NCBI GenBank assembly: GCA_963843555.1
Contig: CAWJKV010000005.1
Coordinates: forward strand, 32,001 to 96,000
Source: an uncultured Methanosarcinales archaeon
GTDB taxonomy: Archaea; Halobacteriota; Methanosarcinia; Methanotrichales; Methanotrichaceae
Direction: 5' to 3'
Length of the DNA stretch: 64,000 nt
Within the stretch, counting starts at the first letter, position 1. Each line of letters begins with the position of its first letter. The notes under the pieces are model-generated. The model was not told the DNA's origin and did no database searches. It was given only the letters and a program-made list of their open reading frames with translations. The position numbers were made by a program, and so were the translations under genes. Below are positions 10,072 to 20,376 of this stretch, piece by piece.

Positions 10072-10758
10072 CTATAAACCCGGATAAATTACCAATCCTT
10101 TTACGGATATATCTACCGCACGCTTTCCTAAATGGTGGGATGTGCCGCACATCTTAAGAATCTCGATGGTCCTCCTTCTTGTAAAATTTATCTCTTCATT
10201 TTGCAGCAATATTATTCCGTCTGCGATCTGCGCTATAGAAATGGGGTACGGAGCTCCAGGCAGCGCATCCTCCGCCACCAGTGCAACCGCTTTTTTTGAT
10301 TTGATCAGATGAGATAGCTTTAGGAGAAAGCGCCAGTATTCATCTTTGAGCACATCTTCCAGAAAAGATAGATTCTCCATGACGATTCGAGCCGGTTCGA
10401 TTGTATCGATCTGCATCTCGAGCGCTTTTAGAAGTTCATCCGATCTTCCTGCCTTTTCCACTATGCCTTCCAGCTCCACGTAGCAGATCTCTTTGCCAAA
10501 GTACGAACTCTTCACAAACTCGTAACTGGAGGCGAAATTGAATAGCAGATCAGGCGGTCCGCCGAAAGTCAGGAGGTAAAGCCCGTGCTCCCCATGATCC
10601 GCACCTTTGCAGAGAAACTGAGTGCAGAGTGTGGTCTTACCTGCCCCCGCATCGCCTGCCACAAGAGTAATGGAGGGTATGGGAAGGCCACCTTCAATCA
10701 TATCATCCAGGCCTTGTATTCCTGTAGCCATCCTGTCTATAAAATTCAATCCTTTCAC
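10072..10758 (-). CDS. Single-domain KaiC/RAD55-like ATPase
   Basis: TGIQGLDDMIEGGLP, Walker A AGDAGAGKT, ADGIILL, RRTIEILKM.GT.H. Confidence 0.88.
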   Translation of the reverse strand: MKGLNFIDRMATGIQGLDDMIEGGLPIPSITLVAGDAGAGKTTLCTQFLCKGADHGEHGLYLLTFGGPPDLLFNFASSYEFVKSSYFGKEICYVELEGIVEKAGRSDELLKALEMQIDTIEPARIVMENLSFLEDVLKDEYWRFLLKLSHLIKSKKAVALVAEDALPGAPYPISIAQIADGIILLQNEEINFTRRRTIEILKMCGTSHHLGKRAVDISVKGLVIYPGL

Positions 10759-10876
10759 CTAGACAGTTTTAGAAAATACTAGTACCTTATCTTATTTGTC
10801 TTTATTCTTCGACTTTGATTTTTGTATATCAGACGGCTTTTATATCAGGAATCCATTCTCGCTGTCGTGAGATGAC

Positions 10877-12181
10877 TTGATCCTTAGAACTCATTATTCA
10901 GGCGATATTACAGCAGAGATGGACGGAAAAGAGGTCACGCTGGCAGGCTTCGCCCACGAGTCTCGCGACTTGGGAGGCATAGCTTTCCTGGTGCTCCGAG
11001 ACAGAAAAGGCCTGGCTCAGATAACACTGGTCAAGAAGCTGCTCGGAAAGGAATTGTTCAAGAGCGCGCGCTCTATCAGCCGGGAGAGCGTCGTAATGGT
11101 TCGGGGAAATGTGAAGGCCGAGCCGAAAGCGCCCCGCGGATACGAGATCCTTCCCACAGAGATCATTGTTCTGAGTGCCGCCCAGGTGCCCTTGCCCCTG
11201 GACCCCACAGAGAAAGTGGAGTGCGAGTTGGACACTCGCCTGGACGCCAGGTTCATGGATATCAGAAGGCCCTGCGTTCTGGCTGCTTTCGAGATTGAGA
11301 GTGCAGTGCTTCGCAGCCTCAGAGATTATTTTTACAAAAAGGTAATTACTGAGGTCTTCACTCCTAAGATAGTGGCAGCGGCCACGGAAGGCGGAACGGA
11401 TCTCTTCCCCATCAGCTACTTTGAGAAGGAGGCCTTTCTGAACCAGAGCCCACAGCTCTACAAGCAGATGCTCATGGGTGCGGGCATGGACAAGGTCTTC
11501 GAGATCGGGCCGATCTTCCGGGCGGAGGAGCACGACACACGCCGCCACCTAAATGAAGCCATATCCATCGACCTTGAGGTCAGCTTTGCCGACGACAAAG
11601 ATGTAATGGGGATACTGGAAGAGGCAGTAGCCGGGGCTTATGAGCACGTAGCTCAGAGCTGCCGCTACCAGTTGGAGGTCCTGGGCCTGGATTTGCAGGT
11701 ACCAAAGCTTCCCTTTAAGAGAATCACTTACACTGAGGCGTTGGAGCTGGCGGGAGAGAAAGCGGGAGTGAAGATGCAGTGGGGAGATGATCTGGACACG
11801 GAGACGGAGAGGTTCCTGGGCGAGACCATCGGGGAACACTACTTCCTCACGGACTGGCCGTCCTCCATAAAGCCCTACTACACTCTACCTTATGAGGATA
11901 AACCCGAGGTCTGCCGTGGTTTTGATCTCATGCACCCGCGCATGGAGCTGGCCAGCGGAGCGCAGAGGGTACATGACTACAACCAGCTTGTAGAGCGCAT
12001 AAAAGAGAAAGGTCTGGATCCAGACGGCTTCGAGTTCTACCTAATGGCCTTCCGCTACGGCATGCCACCTCATGCCGGCTGGGGGCTGGGCCTCTCCCGG
12101 CTGGTCATGACTATGCTTAAACTTGAGAACATTCGCGATGCCGTGATCTTCCCCCGGGACAGAAAGCGTCTGGTGCCCTGA
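10877..12181 (+). CDS. aspS: Aspartyl-tRNA synthetase (archaeal type)
   Basis: [52 protein letters not shown]. Confidence 0.97.
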   Translation: MILRTHYSGDITAEMDGKEVTLAGFAHESRDLGGIAFLVLRDRKGLAQITLVKKLLGKELFKSARSISRESVVMVRGNVKAEPKAPRGYEILPTEIIVLSAAQVPLPLDPTEKVECELDTRLDARFMDIRRPCVLAAFEIESAVLRSLRDYFYKKVITEVFTPKIVAAATEGGTDLFPISYFEKEAFLNQSPQLYKQMLMGAGMDKVFEIGPIFRAEEHDTRRHLNEAISIDLEVSFADDKDVMGILEEAVAGAYEHVAQSCRYQLEVLGLDLQVPKLPFKRITYTEALELAGEKAGVKMQWGDDLDTETERFLGETIGEHYFLTDWPSSIKPYYTLPYEDKPEVCRGFDLMHPRMELASGAQRVHDYNQLVERIKEKGLDPDGFEFYLMAFRYGMPPHAGWGLGLSRLVMTMLKLENIRDAVIFPRDRKRLVP

Positions 12182-12232
12182 AGACCGAACGCCTGGCGCC
12201 TCGGCGCCCGTTCGGTCTTCGTTTTCTTTTTT
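12180..12232 (+). terminator. Hairpin plus T-tract terminator after aspS
   Basis: GAAGACCGAACG (12180-12191) pairs with CGTTCGGTCTTC (12209-12220), followed by GTTTTCTTTTTT. Confidence 0.7.
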
Positions 12233-12420
12233 CATTGCGTTGTCTTCGGAACGCCAAAATGGTTCTTAATTGAGCAACTCTTGAAGCTCGCCAAAAAAGC
12301 AAAGGCCGGACAGTTCTTTTTGGGAATGTGATGAGGCCGGTCAAGGAACCGGCCGAAGATTTCGAACAGGCCAGTGGAGCGGCTGGCCTGCGCATGAACC
12401 TCTAAGATAACAGAGTCTCT

Positions 12421-12693
12421 TTAGACCTCATCCAACTTATCGATGCCCACTTTCTTTACCTTGGGCTTCCAGATCTTATCCGGCATCCAGGCAGGCGCGC
12501 CTTTGGGCTTGTCCACCTGTACCCTCTCTCCTACAAAGACATGCACTTTCTTGGTACCGCGTTCGCGCAACTTGATATCCGTGTATCCCCGGTTGGCGGC
12601 CTTGAGGGCAGCTTGCCTGGGCGATTTTCCTGTAAAAACTCCAATCTCGTTGCCCTGTGCGTCCCTCAGGGCGAAATTTCTCATTTCAGCCAT
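12421..12693 (-). CDS. Non-histone chromosomal protein MC1
   Basis: RNFALRD..GNEIGVFTGKSPRQAALKAANRG ... LRERGTKKVHVF ... PAWMPDKIWKP. Confidence 0.95.
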   Translation of the reverse strand: MAEMRNFALRDAQGNEIGVFTGKSPRQAALKAANRGYTDIKLRERGTKKVHVFVGERVQVDKPKGAPAWMPDKIWKPKVKKVGIDKLDEV

Positions 12694-13173
12694 ATTTTCC
12701 CTCCTACGTTGATATGATATGCGTCTCTGATGCGGTATATTAATTTAATCCAAAAGTATCATCCATTAAGCACTTCCAGAAGATGTCCTATGCAGCAGAT
12801 GTATTTGCAGAAACAGTGAAAATCAGCACAGATACAGGAAATGTTTTTTAAAAATATTGCTAAAAAGCATCCTGTGTCGTGCCTTTACATCCTTATTATG
12901 TGGTTTTGCTCTCATCTGTAACCCGCACTCTGCTGGTCCCTCCAGTCGCCAGACTTCATATCCCATAGGCCAAGCGTCTCGCAGACGAGACCTATGAAGA
13001 CGGGGTGGAATGGTGGACATGATCCGCTTCCGAACCACCGACCTGACCCGCATCATCTCCCGGGTGTGGTGCGATTGCGGCGGACTGGGTTTCCATGATG
13101 TTCAGATGAGGCTCAGGCGAGACTTAAAGCTAAATAAGATACAACCTTAGACCACCTCCAGAGGTTTGATAAT

Positions 13174-14379
13174 TTGAAAACTAGCAGTTTATGCTTTTGT
13201 CTTCTTGCCCTGCTCCTGGGCGCAGGAGCGGCAGCCGGCCAGGGCATGTCCCCATTGCAGTCCATGGACATGACCGGCGGAGCCTTTAATGAAGATTTCG
13301 TGAATAGCCTGTTTGGTATCGGCTCCGGCGTGGCCTCAGAGGCAGGCGGTCCCTGGTTCGGCCCCGAGTTTGATAACTCCAGCAGCGCAAGTTCCTTCTT
13401 CAGCGAGTTCTACATGGGTACCAGCATTCCCGTGATCAGTGGATCTGCGCCCGTGAAGATCGATGTCACACATCAGATGCCTTCCAAGATATACTTCGGC
13501 AGCGGCCAGGAAGTTCTGTACACCCAATATCAGTCTGCGATGGCTTCCAGCAGAGGAAATGAGCTCTGGATACAGAAGGGGGCGGATTGGTCCCAGTATG
13601 CCATAGTTCCTGTCGGGACAGGTATGCAGTTCATCGCTTTTGCGCCAGCGGGCGGACAGGCCGATTATTATGAGATCATCCAGACGGATTCTATGAATAT
13701 AACCGGCAAGCGAATGAACTTCTACTCCGGCTACAATAGCCTGAACTTCATGGCGGACAAAGTTGGCCGGCACATTTTCTTGTTCGTGCTCAACAACCAG
13801 CCCAGCAACTCCATCATTGTCGATGTGATCAGCCAGGCGCCGCCCGCCCAGCAGACACCCCCAGCCCAGCAGGCGGGAGCCGCAGGGCAGATGCCACCCT
13901 CCACAAATCCGCCCACAGGCTATAGCACACAGAATCCGGCCACGAGCGGCTATGGACAGCCAGCCGCTACATCCACACCGTACCCGCCCGCAGGCACATC
14001 CAGTCAGTACCAGTCTGCAGCCTCATCGACACAGTACCAGCCTGCAAGTTCGTCGACTCAGTACCAAACTTACAGCTCAACCTCGACTTACCCGCCCCAG
14101 ACGGGAGGCACAGCCGGGGATACCCCCGTGACCATCCAGACGACAATGAGGGGCTATGATGTCTATGTCGATGGTGCGATGATTGGCAAAGACGGCGCAA
14201 ATGGTGATGCGCTGGATGGCGTCTTCAGATTCAATGTAGTTGGCGGCCAGACGCACACCATAAGGATCTTCGACGGGGCGAACAATTATGAGAAGCCCAT
14301 GTACTTCGATAGAGGCGTCCCCAAGGTGATAAACGTACCCGCGGCCACTACTGTTTATACCACTGGCATGCCCTATTGA
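13174..14379 (+). CDS. Secreted protein with Q/S/T/P-rich linker and PEGA-like C-terminal domain
   Basis: Signal peptide; low-complexity SSTQYQ repeats; YDVYVDG..IG motif. Confidence 0.7.
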   Translation: MKTSSLCFCLLALLLGAGAAAGQGMSPLQSMDMTGGAFNEDFVNSLFGIGSGVASEAGGPWFGPEFDNSSSASSFFSEFYMGTSIPVISGSAPVKIDVTHQMPSKIYFGSGQEVLYTQYQSAMASSRGNELWIQKGADWSQYAIVPVGTGMQFIAFAPAGGQADYYEIIQTDSMNITGKRMNFYSGYNSLNFMADKVGRHIFLFVLNNQPSNSIIVDVISQAPPAQQTPPAQQAGAAGQMPPSTNPPTGYSTQNPATSGYGQPAATSTPYPPAGTSSQYQSAASSTQYQPASSSTQYQTYSSTSTYPPQTGGTAGDTPVTIQTTMRGYDVYVDGAMIGKDGANGDALDGVFRFNVVGGQTHTIRIFDGANNYEKPMYFDRGVPKVINVPAATTVYTTGMPY

Positions 14380-14753
14380 GACTACCGATTGAAGCTACCT
14401 GTTTGATCAAAGGAACAGGGATTTCTAGTTCAATCTTTTTCGCATGAAAACATCAAGAAAACAGGATGGGATGACTACCCGCATCCCTCCTTTAACCTTT
14501 TCTTCACTTATCCTGCTTGACTGATGGTCTTTGCCATCTCGTAAATATCCATTCATGCTTAAAGGCAAGACGCAACTGGGTATTTTTGGCTCATTCTTCT
14601 TAACCTCAGGTCCTTGACTTGTGATGCTTAGAGTCGCGCTTCGTGATCTTCCAGTTCGAAGCTTTCCAGCTGATTGGTAGACTGCAGGCACTATGCCAAA
14701 GCGCATTTTTCAGCTTATCAGCATCCTGAAAATCCCTGTATCTGTATTCTCCG

Positions 14754-14810
14754 TCTCCCACAGCCAAAAGGGCAAGGACACCCTTTTCCGGCAGGAAAAG
14801 TCTTTGCGAT
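14754..14810 (-). pseudogene. Diverged copy of the 5' end of the adjacent wHTH regulator gene
   Basis: 45/57 nt identical to 15294-15350; translates QRLFLPEKGVLALLAVGD versus QRLFLREKPVLALLAVGD; no start codon. Confidence 0.7.
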
Positions 14811-14905
14811 TGAGTATGTCACTTACTTTTCTTCGAGGTCCAGGCGCGTCATCCACCCACGGCTATTTTTCAGAATGCTCTGCAACAAAAAATGTGCCCG
14901 GCAGC

Positions 14906-15361
14906 TCATTCGCGTACGAATGCTGCAATCTCGTCATCGAGTTCTTCTGCAGCCTTTCGCAGCGTGGCATCCCCCAGGCCTTTGAGTTTTGCCAGATCCC
15001 GGCGCAAAGGTCCCAGACGGAAAGCCGCCCCAGAACCTTCTCTTTGCAATGCTGTTTTTCGAAGCCTCTCCAGCCTCTCTGTCATGGCATCCGAATGGCG
15101 CAGCAGATCTGATAGCTCCCGCAGGGCCTTGGCGATCCGTTTGCCACGGTCGGTCAGTTCCAGGTACCTGATTCTGCCAACAGGACGGGACTTGACCAGC
15201 CCCTGGGCCTCCAGCTCGGAGAGTATGCTGGAGGTATGGGGGAAAGTGGAGTCTATGCGCTTAGCAATCATGGCGGCATAAGCCGACTGCATATCCCCCA
15301 CGGCCAAAAGGGCCAGGACAGGCTTCTCCCGGAGGAAAAGCCGCTGCAATGGATCTTGCAT
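14906..15361 (-). CDS. Winged-helix (MarR-like) transcriptional regulator
   Basis: YAAMIAKRIDSTFPHTSSILSELEAQGLV...GRIRYLELTDRG. Confidence 0.85.
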   Translation of the reverse strand: MQDPLQRLFLREKPVLALLAVGDMQSAYAAMIAKRIDSTFPHTSSILSELEAQGLVKSRPVGRIRYLELTDRGKRIAKALRELSDLLRHSDAMTERLERLRKTALQREGSGAAFRLGPLRRDLAKLKGLGDATLRKAAEELDDEIAAFVRE

Positions 15362-15376
15362 GGATACTGCAGTCGC

Positions 15377-16366
15377 TCAAGTTTGCCCAGTCGCTTGCGG
15401 TTGCATCGTGGTCGGGCGGATGACAGTGGCTGAAAGAGCCTCCTCCGGCAGGATTACTTCCACTGGCTTATCGAAGTCGGAATACAGATCGTTCGTCTCT
15501 ATGTTGATCGAGACAGGAGGTAGCTTCCTCGATTGATTATACATCATCATCTGACTGGTATTGATATCCAGTTGACCCACGATCTCTGGCGTCATCTGGA
15601 AGCTTGTGAGACTCTGGTACTTCACAGGCAGGTAGCTGCTCTTTGAGATCCAGATCGCTTTCTCCATCTTGGCAGTCTCATTCAGTTCCGTTTTATTGAC
15701 CGCTGGCATATACATGGGGTACTGGGTCAACTGGGCTGCTATGCTAGAGGCGGTATTATAGAGATTGTCGTAATCCGCGCTTCCTGTAACTATATTAAAT
15801 TTGTAAGCGTCTTCGCCATTGACCGTCTCCGAGCCGGCCTCTTCTACAGCCGACTGGTTGAACATCTCGGCCATGGCCTTCACCTGATTATTGCTGCCCT
15901 GGCCCCAGATCTCTTCCGCGGATCTGGGATCCTGGAGATGGGTCCAATTGCCGCTCTCATCCTGGATATAGGTCGAATTTCCTAATTGGTAGACAACAGC
16001 CAATGTAGAGCGGGCGTTTGCAGGGTTCGCGGGCGAGCCTGATTGCTCCATCTGGTTCTTTGTTGAGCCGTTCGCCTGAGCCTGGAAGCTTGACAGGTTC
16101 ACAGAGGCGATAGTCTCTGCGCTCTCAGTCACGGTGGTCACATTCTCAGGGGCTTTCGCCACGTCTCCATAGAGCTTCCATATCTGAGACACTGAACTCT
16201 TGAAGCTGTAGCTGGTCAGGTTCTCTGCGGAAGATATCGACATCGTTTTCAGTTCTTCCACGTTCCCGGTTGTTCCACTTGTCCCGCTTGTCTCACTGGG
16301 GCCTTTCTCCGTGCAGCCGGAGATGGCCACGGTAATTATCACAAGAACTAGCAATAATCTCTTCAT
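15377..16366 (-). CDS. Lipoprotein, probable LolA/LppX-like fold
   Basis: Lipobox ISGC; GSETVNGEDAYK, IWISK.SYLPVK, YSDFDKPVEVILPEEA. Confidence 0.75.
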   Translation of the reverse strand: MKRLLLVLVIITVAISGCTEKGPSETSGTSGTTGNVEELKTMSISSAENLTSYSFKSSVSQIWKLYGDVAKAPENVTTVTESAETIASVNLSSFQAQANGSTKNQMEQSGSPANPANARSTLAVVYQLGNSTYIQDESGNWTHLQDPRSAEEIWGQGSNNQVKAMAEMFNQSAVEEAGSETVNGEDAYKFNIVTGSADYDNLYNTASSIAAQLTQYPMYMPAVNKTELNETAKMEKAIWISKSSYLPVKYQSLTSFQMTPEIVGQLDINTSQMMMYNQSRKLPPVSINIETNDLYSDFDKPVEVILPEEALSATVIRPTTMQPQATGQT

Positions 16367-16487
16367 GATATCATCTCTAAATAATTTCTGGAGGATAGAT
16401 TAGCATCCCCAATCGTTGGAGAGAGGATGCTAATGGCTTAAATTCTTTCCGATTTTTCTCAAACATGCTTATGCATCGATTAAAGCT

Positions 16488-17409
16488 TCAATAACGCTGG
16501 GCAGGTTTGAACTTCTCTCCCGTGATCATCTCGAAGAGTTTGATATAGATCCTGCCCGTCTCTTCCACAACGAGAGGTGGCAGAGCCGGTATGGGGGGCT
16601 CCTCCAGGCCGGCGTCTCTGGCCTCGTAGAGCTGATCTTTGTAGCCGGTCTGGCGATAGTACTGGCGCACGTACTCCTTGGAGAGGTCAACGAACTCTCC
16701 CGATTCGTAGCGAGCCTTATCCCAAAAACGGTCCTCGTCTGCCGTTCCATAGACATCGATCACCATTATTTGCCGGTCCTTATCAAAGGCCAGCTCTTTC
16801 TTGCCATCAACATGAATGAGGCCGCGAATGTTAACGCTCCTACCAATATCCTCATCGATCTTGAGGACAACCTCCCGGGCATCCTCATACTCCTGGGCAC
16901 TGAGCCCGGAGATCTCCAAGGCTTCAGCTTTTTCCAGCAATCTGTCGGTCTTCTCAAGTTTCGTGGAGACCTCCAGGAAAGGCTCGGGGAGGGGCTCGCC
17001 ATAGACCACTTTATGGCCGGAGGAGAAGCCCAGAGACCCGGCCGGAAACCTTTCCCTCCAATACCCGGTCATAGAGGGAGCCTGCCACATACCAGCGGCA
17101 GATGAACTCCAGGGGTATGAGGTAGTTGCGAGATCTGTTGGTGATCTGATGAGGCTGAATTATGTCCACCTTCTGGCAGATCATGCCGTTCGGGGGGATA
17201 TACTCAAGGAAGTGGGTCTTGATTCCCATCTTGCTGGCTCTTTCAAACCAGTAGACGCCCTCCCGGCTGAGGGTCTCGCCCTTAAAGGGAATGAGGCTGG
17301 GAATGATCTTGTCGAAGACAGAGATATTGTCCGTAAACCGAAACTCCAACCGGTCGCCCAGATCGTAGGCTTCCTTGACCTTGCCTTTCATCAAGAGCTT
17401 GCGTTCCAT
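16488..17409 (-). CDS. purC: SAICAR synthase (frameshifted near 17050)
   Basis: KGKVKEAY, FTDNISVFD, KGE.L, IPLEFICR.YVAGS, STKLE.TDR, VDGKKE, GTADEDRFWD, LSKEYVRQY. Confidence 0.93.
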
Positions 17410-17480
17410 TGCAGGCCATGTATCTGGCAAGATAATAACACTTTTGCTTTTGATGAAAAAATGAGAAAAAAGAGAGGCTT

Positions 17481-19130
17481 TCAGTAGTCCTCTCCGCCCA
17501 TGCCACCTGGCATTCCGCCGGGCATGCCGCCAGGCATTCCGCCCGGTCCGCCGGACTTGGAGGCGATGACGTCGTCGATGCGCAGGATCATGACTGCAGC
17601 TTCAGCGGCGCTGTTGATCGCCTGAGTCTTCACACGCAGGGGCTCGACCACGCCCAGCTTCTGCATGTCCACAGGCTCGCCTGTGTCCATGTCCAGGCCT
17701 GCGCTCTTCACGCCCTTCTCATGCTGGCTGCGCAGAGCCACCAGGGAATCGATCTGGTCCAATCCGGCGTTCTCGGCCAGGGTCTTGGGTATGACTTCCA
17801 TGGAGTCGGCGAAGGCCTCAATGGCCAGCTGCTCGCGACCGCCCACGGTTGCGGCATATTCCCGCAGACGCAGGGCCAGTTCTACCTCAGGGGCACCGCC
17901 GCCTGGAACCAGCAGCTTGTCCTCGACGACAACGCCGACGACGCGCAGAGCATCTTCCATGGCCCGGTTCAGCTCATCGACCACGTGCTCAGTTCCGCCT
18001 CTCAGGATGATGGATACAGACTTGGGGTTCTCGCACTCTTCGACGAAGGTCATCTTCTCGTCGCCGATCTTTCTCTCTTCAACGAGGCCTGCCTTTCCCA
18101 GGTCCTTTTCTGTCAGGTCGTGGATGCTGGTGACAACCCTTCCGCCCGTAGCTCGCGCCAGCTTCTCCATGTCGCTCTTCTTGACGCGGCGGACGGTGTA
18201 GATGCCGGCCTTGGCCAGGAAGTGCTGGGCCAGGTCGTCGATGCCTTTCTGGCAGAAGACGACGTTAGCGCCCGTCTTGAGGATAGCATCTACCATGCCC
18301 TTGAGCATGGTCTCTTCCTGATCCAGGAAAGCCTGCAGCTGATCGGGAGAGGTGATCTCGATCTTGGCGTCGACCTCGGTCTTCTCGATCTCGATGGCTG
18401 CATTGAGCATAGCGATCCTGGCGCCTGTGACCTTCTTGGGCATATTGGGATGGAGCCTATCCTTGTCGATCACCATGCCGTGTACGAGCTCGGAGTCGGT
18501 TATGCCGCCGCCCACTTTCTTCTCTACGGTGATGTTGTCGGTGTCTACAGTTCCGTCCTCGTCGACGACGGCCTTGACGGCTTCCACAGCCAGCGCGGCC
18601 AGCTCTTCTCGAGCCGTGCCGGAGCCCTTGCCGGTCATGGCGGTGATGGCGACCCTCTTCAGGAACTCGGTATCTTTTACAGAGACGCTTACGGCGATGG
18701 TCTTCAGGATCTCCAGGGATTTGTCGGCTGCTGCCCTGTAGCCTGCTGCAATGACCGTGGGATGGATATCCTGATCCAGCAGCCCCTCGGCCTGCTTGAG
18801 CAATTCTCCTGCCAGGACCACGGCGGTGGTGGTGCCGTCTCCGACCTCTGCATCCTGGGTCTTGGCGATCTCCACCATCATCTTGGCGGCGGGGTGCTCG
18901 ATGTCCATCTCCTTGAGAATGGTGACTCCGTCGTTGGTTATTACCACATCTCCAAGGTTATCGACCATCATCTTGTCCATGCCCTTCGGACCAAGGGTCG
19001 TTCTGACGGCGCCGGCGACTGCCTTGGCGGCCATGATATTCGACTTCTGTGCTTCGCGGCCTGCCGTTCTCTGGCTGCCTTCTTTGAGAATGATTATGGG
19101 TGACTGTCCACCGAATTGTCCTGCTGCCAT
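17481..19130 (-). CDS. Thermosome subunit (group II chaperonin)
   Basis: [32 protein letters not shown]-terminal GGMP repeats. Confidence 0.98.
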   Translation of the reverse strand: MAAGQFGGQSPIIILKEGSQRTAGREAQKSNIMAAKAVAGAVRTTLGPKGMDKMMVDNLGDVVITNDGVTILKEMDIEHPAAKMMVEIAKTQDAEVGDGTTTAVVLAGELLKQAEGLLDQDIHPTVIAAGYRAAADKSLEILKTIAVSVSVKDTEFLKRVAITAMTGKGSGTAREELAALAVEAVKAVVDEDGTVDTDNITVEKKVGGGITDSELVHGMVIDKDRLHPNMPKKVTGARIAMLNAAIEIEKTEVDAKIEITSPDQLQAFLDQEETMLKGMVDAILKTGANVVFCQKGIDDLAQHFLAKAGIYTVRRVKKSDMEKLARATGGRVVTSIHDLTEKDLGKAGLVEERKIGDEKMTFVEECENPKSVSIILRGGTEHVVDELNRAMEDALRVVGVVVEDKLLVPGGGAPEVELALRLREYAATVGGREQLAIEAFADSMEVIPKTLAENAGLDQIDSLVALRSQHEKGVKSAGLDMDTGEPVDMQKLGVVEPLRVKTQAINSAAEAAVMILRIDDVIASKSGGPGGMPGGMPGGMPGGMGGEDY

Positions 19131-19387
19131 TCAATTACCTCCAATTTTATGGGTTCAAAGTGTGATATCGGGTGTTTGAACTTCTATATGAAGGTATTCC
19201 TGGAAAGCTTGGAAGGTTCTGTTGCGTTTGTGGGGTGGTGCGCTTATGGTGGTGCAAATCGTGGTGGTCGGAAACGAGAAATCATGAGATACGTATCGGG
19301 TCGCATATGGAACCTATGGAGCCACGCCAGCAGAGGCAGCAGATGTAGGGTTCGAAGAGGAATAGATCTGGTGGGTTGAGTGGAGCA

Positions 19388-19759
19388 TCAAAAATCGACA
19401 TCGTTGAACATTAAGCTCTGGGCTATTTTCATATTGACTTTTCGTTTAAGATCGTCGTCAGCTACTCCAATGATGCCTTCACAGTACTTCTTGTCAAGAA
19501 TCATGATTTTATCAATTGAGAGAACAGATATTTCTTTCAATCGGGCGTTTGTATAGGAAGGCGTTCCTGGCAAGATAAGCAAGTCAGTTGGCAATAGTTT
19601 TGCAGGAATCTGACCCGTTATATATGCCACAGTCACATCCAAATATCCTTCGTATAGAACCAACGCTGGCCTTAGCTTTTCAGCGCTGAAATCTGTATAT
19701 GGAAACCAAACTAAAACAATACTTCCCTTGGGTGTCTTTGGTGGTTCCCCCGACATCAT
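19388..19759 (-). CDS. PemK/MazF-family toxin
   Basis: GSIVLVWFPYTD.S..KLRPALVL ... VAYITGQ ... S.LSIDKI. Confidence 0.85.
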   Translation of the reverse strand: MMSGEPPKTPKGSIVLVWFPYTDFSAEKLRPALVLYEGYLDVTVAYITGQIPAKLLPTDLLILPGTPSYTNARLKEISVLSIDKIMILDKKYCEGIIGVADDDLKRKVNMKIAQSLMFNDVDF

Positions 19760-19781
19760 GTAATCACCAAAGAGGCTACTC

Positions 19782-20012
19782 TTATCTAAACCTAATTTTC
19801 AGGTCATCTACTGTATAGATATCCGCTTCCTTCTCTATAAGTGGCGCTAAGGTTAGCACAGAAGCTCGCATAAGATCCATAACAATTGCCCTATCATCCT
19901 CAAAAGAGGTTTCAGGCGAAACTTCTCCCTGCGTCGCTGTTTCCTGACGTATAAGAGCCCTATTCCTTGTCGGAATCATTTGGTTCTTCTCATAGAGGTT
20001 ATCTGAGCACAC
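19782..20012 (-). CDS. Putative antitoxin partner of the PemK-like toxin
   Basis: Small ORF just upstream of the toxin; acidic C-terminus EKEADIYTVDDLK; start uncertain. Confidence 0.55.
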   Translation of the reverse strand: MCSDNLYEKNQMIPTRNRALIRQETATQGEVSPETSFEDDRAIVMDLMRASVLTLAPLIEKEADIYTVDDLKIRFR

Positions 20013-20376
20013 GATGTTATCCTCTTACTGGTTGCATCGGTAGATTTTGATAACAATATCTACGTAAAGCCAGGTATTTAAGATTAAGCTTATGGTTATA
20101 CTTAGAGGCCCAGTCAATTTAATTCTTTTATATTTATTCATTTACATAGCTCTAATATTCCTCTAAAAAGATTTCAAGATCGAACCCAGGAGCCGGACGT
20201 CTTTATGCCCTTCTCAACGTTCATTTCCTGACTTATCATATAGTTCAGAAGCAAGAGGACGCAGATATTTCCTGCCAACTCCAAACGGGCAAGAAACTGA
20301 GCTCTGTAAAAGAGAAAGACCTGCATCATGGACGAAGTAACGGTTGAAGAGCTTCATCTGCTGGTTACATTCTCTC

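Noticed and set aside
12780..13150. Possible small gene between MC1 and the secreted protein
   Set aside because: Only short frames with no recognisable family; cannot be supported without a homology search.
13990..14080. Short repeats as a possible CRISPR array or VNTR
   Set aside because: Imperfect in-frame coding repeats (SSTQYQ) in a low-complexity linker; no repeat-spacer structure and no cas genes.
17497..17550. 12-bp repeats at the thermosome 3' end
   Set aside because: They encode the ordinary GGMP chaperonin tail.
17665..19179. Long plus-strand ORFs (up to 460 aa) opposite the thermosome gene
   Set aside because: Antisense shadows caused by GC-rich codon bias; the same applies to those opposite amtB, thiC, purH and aspS.
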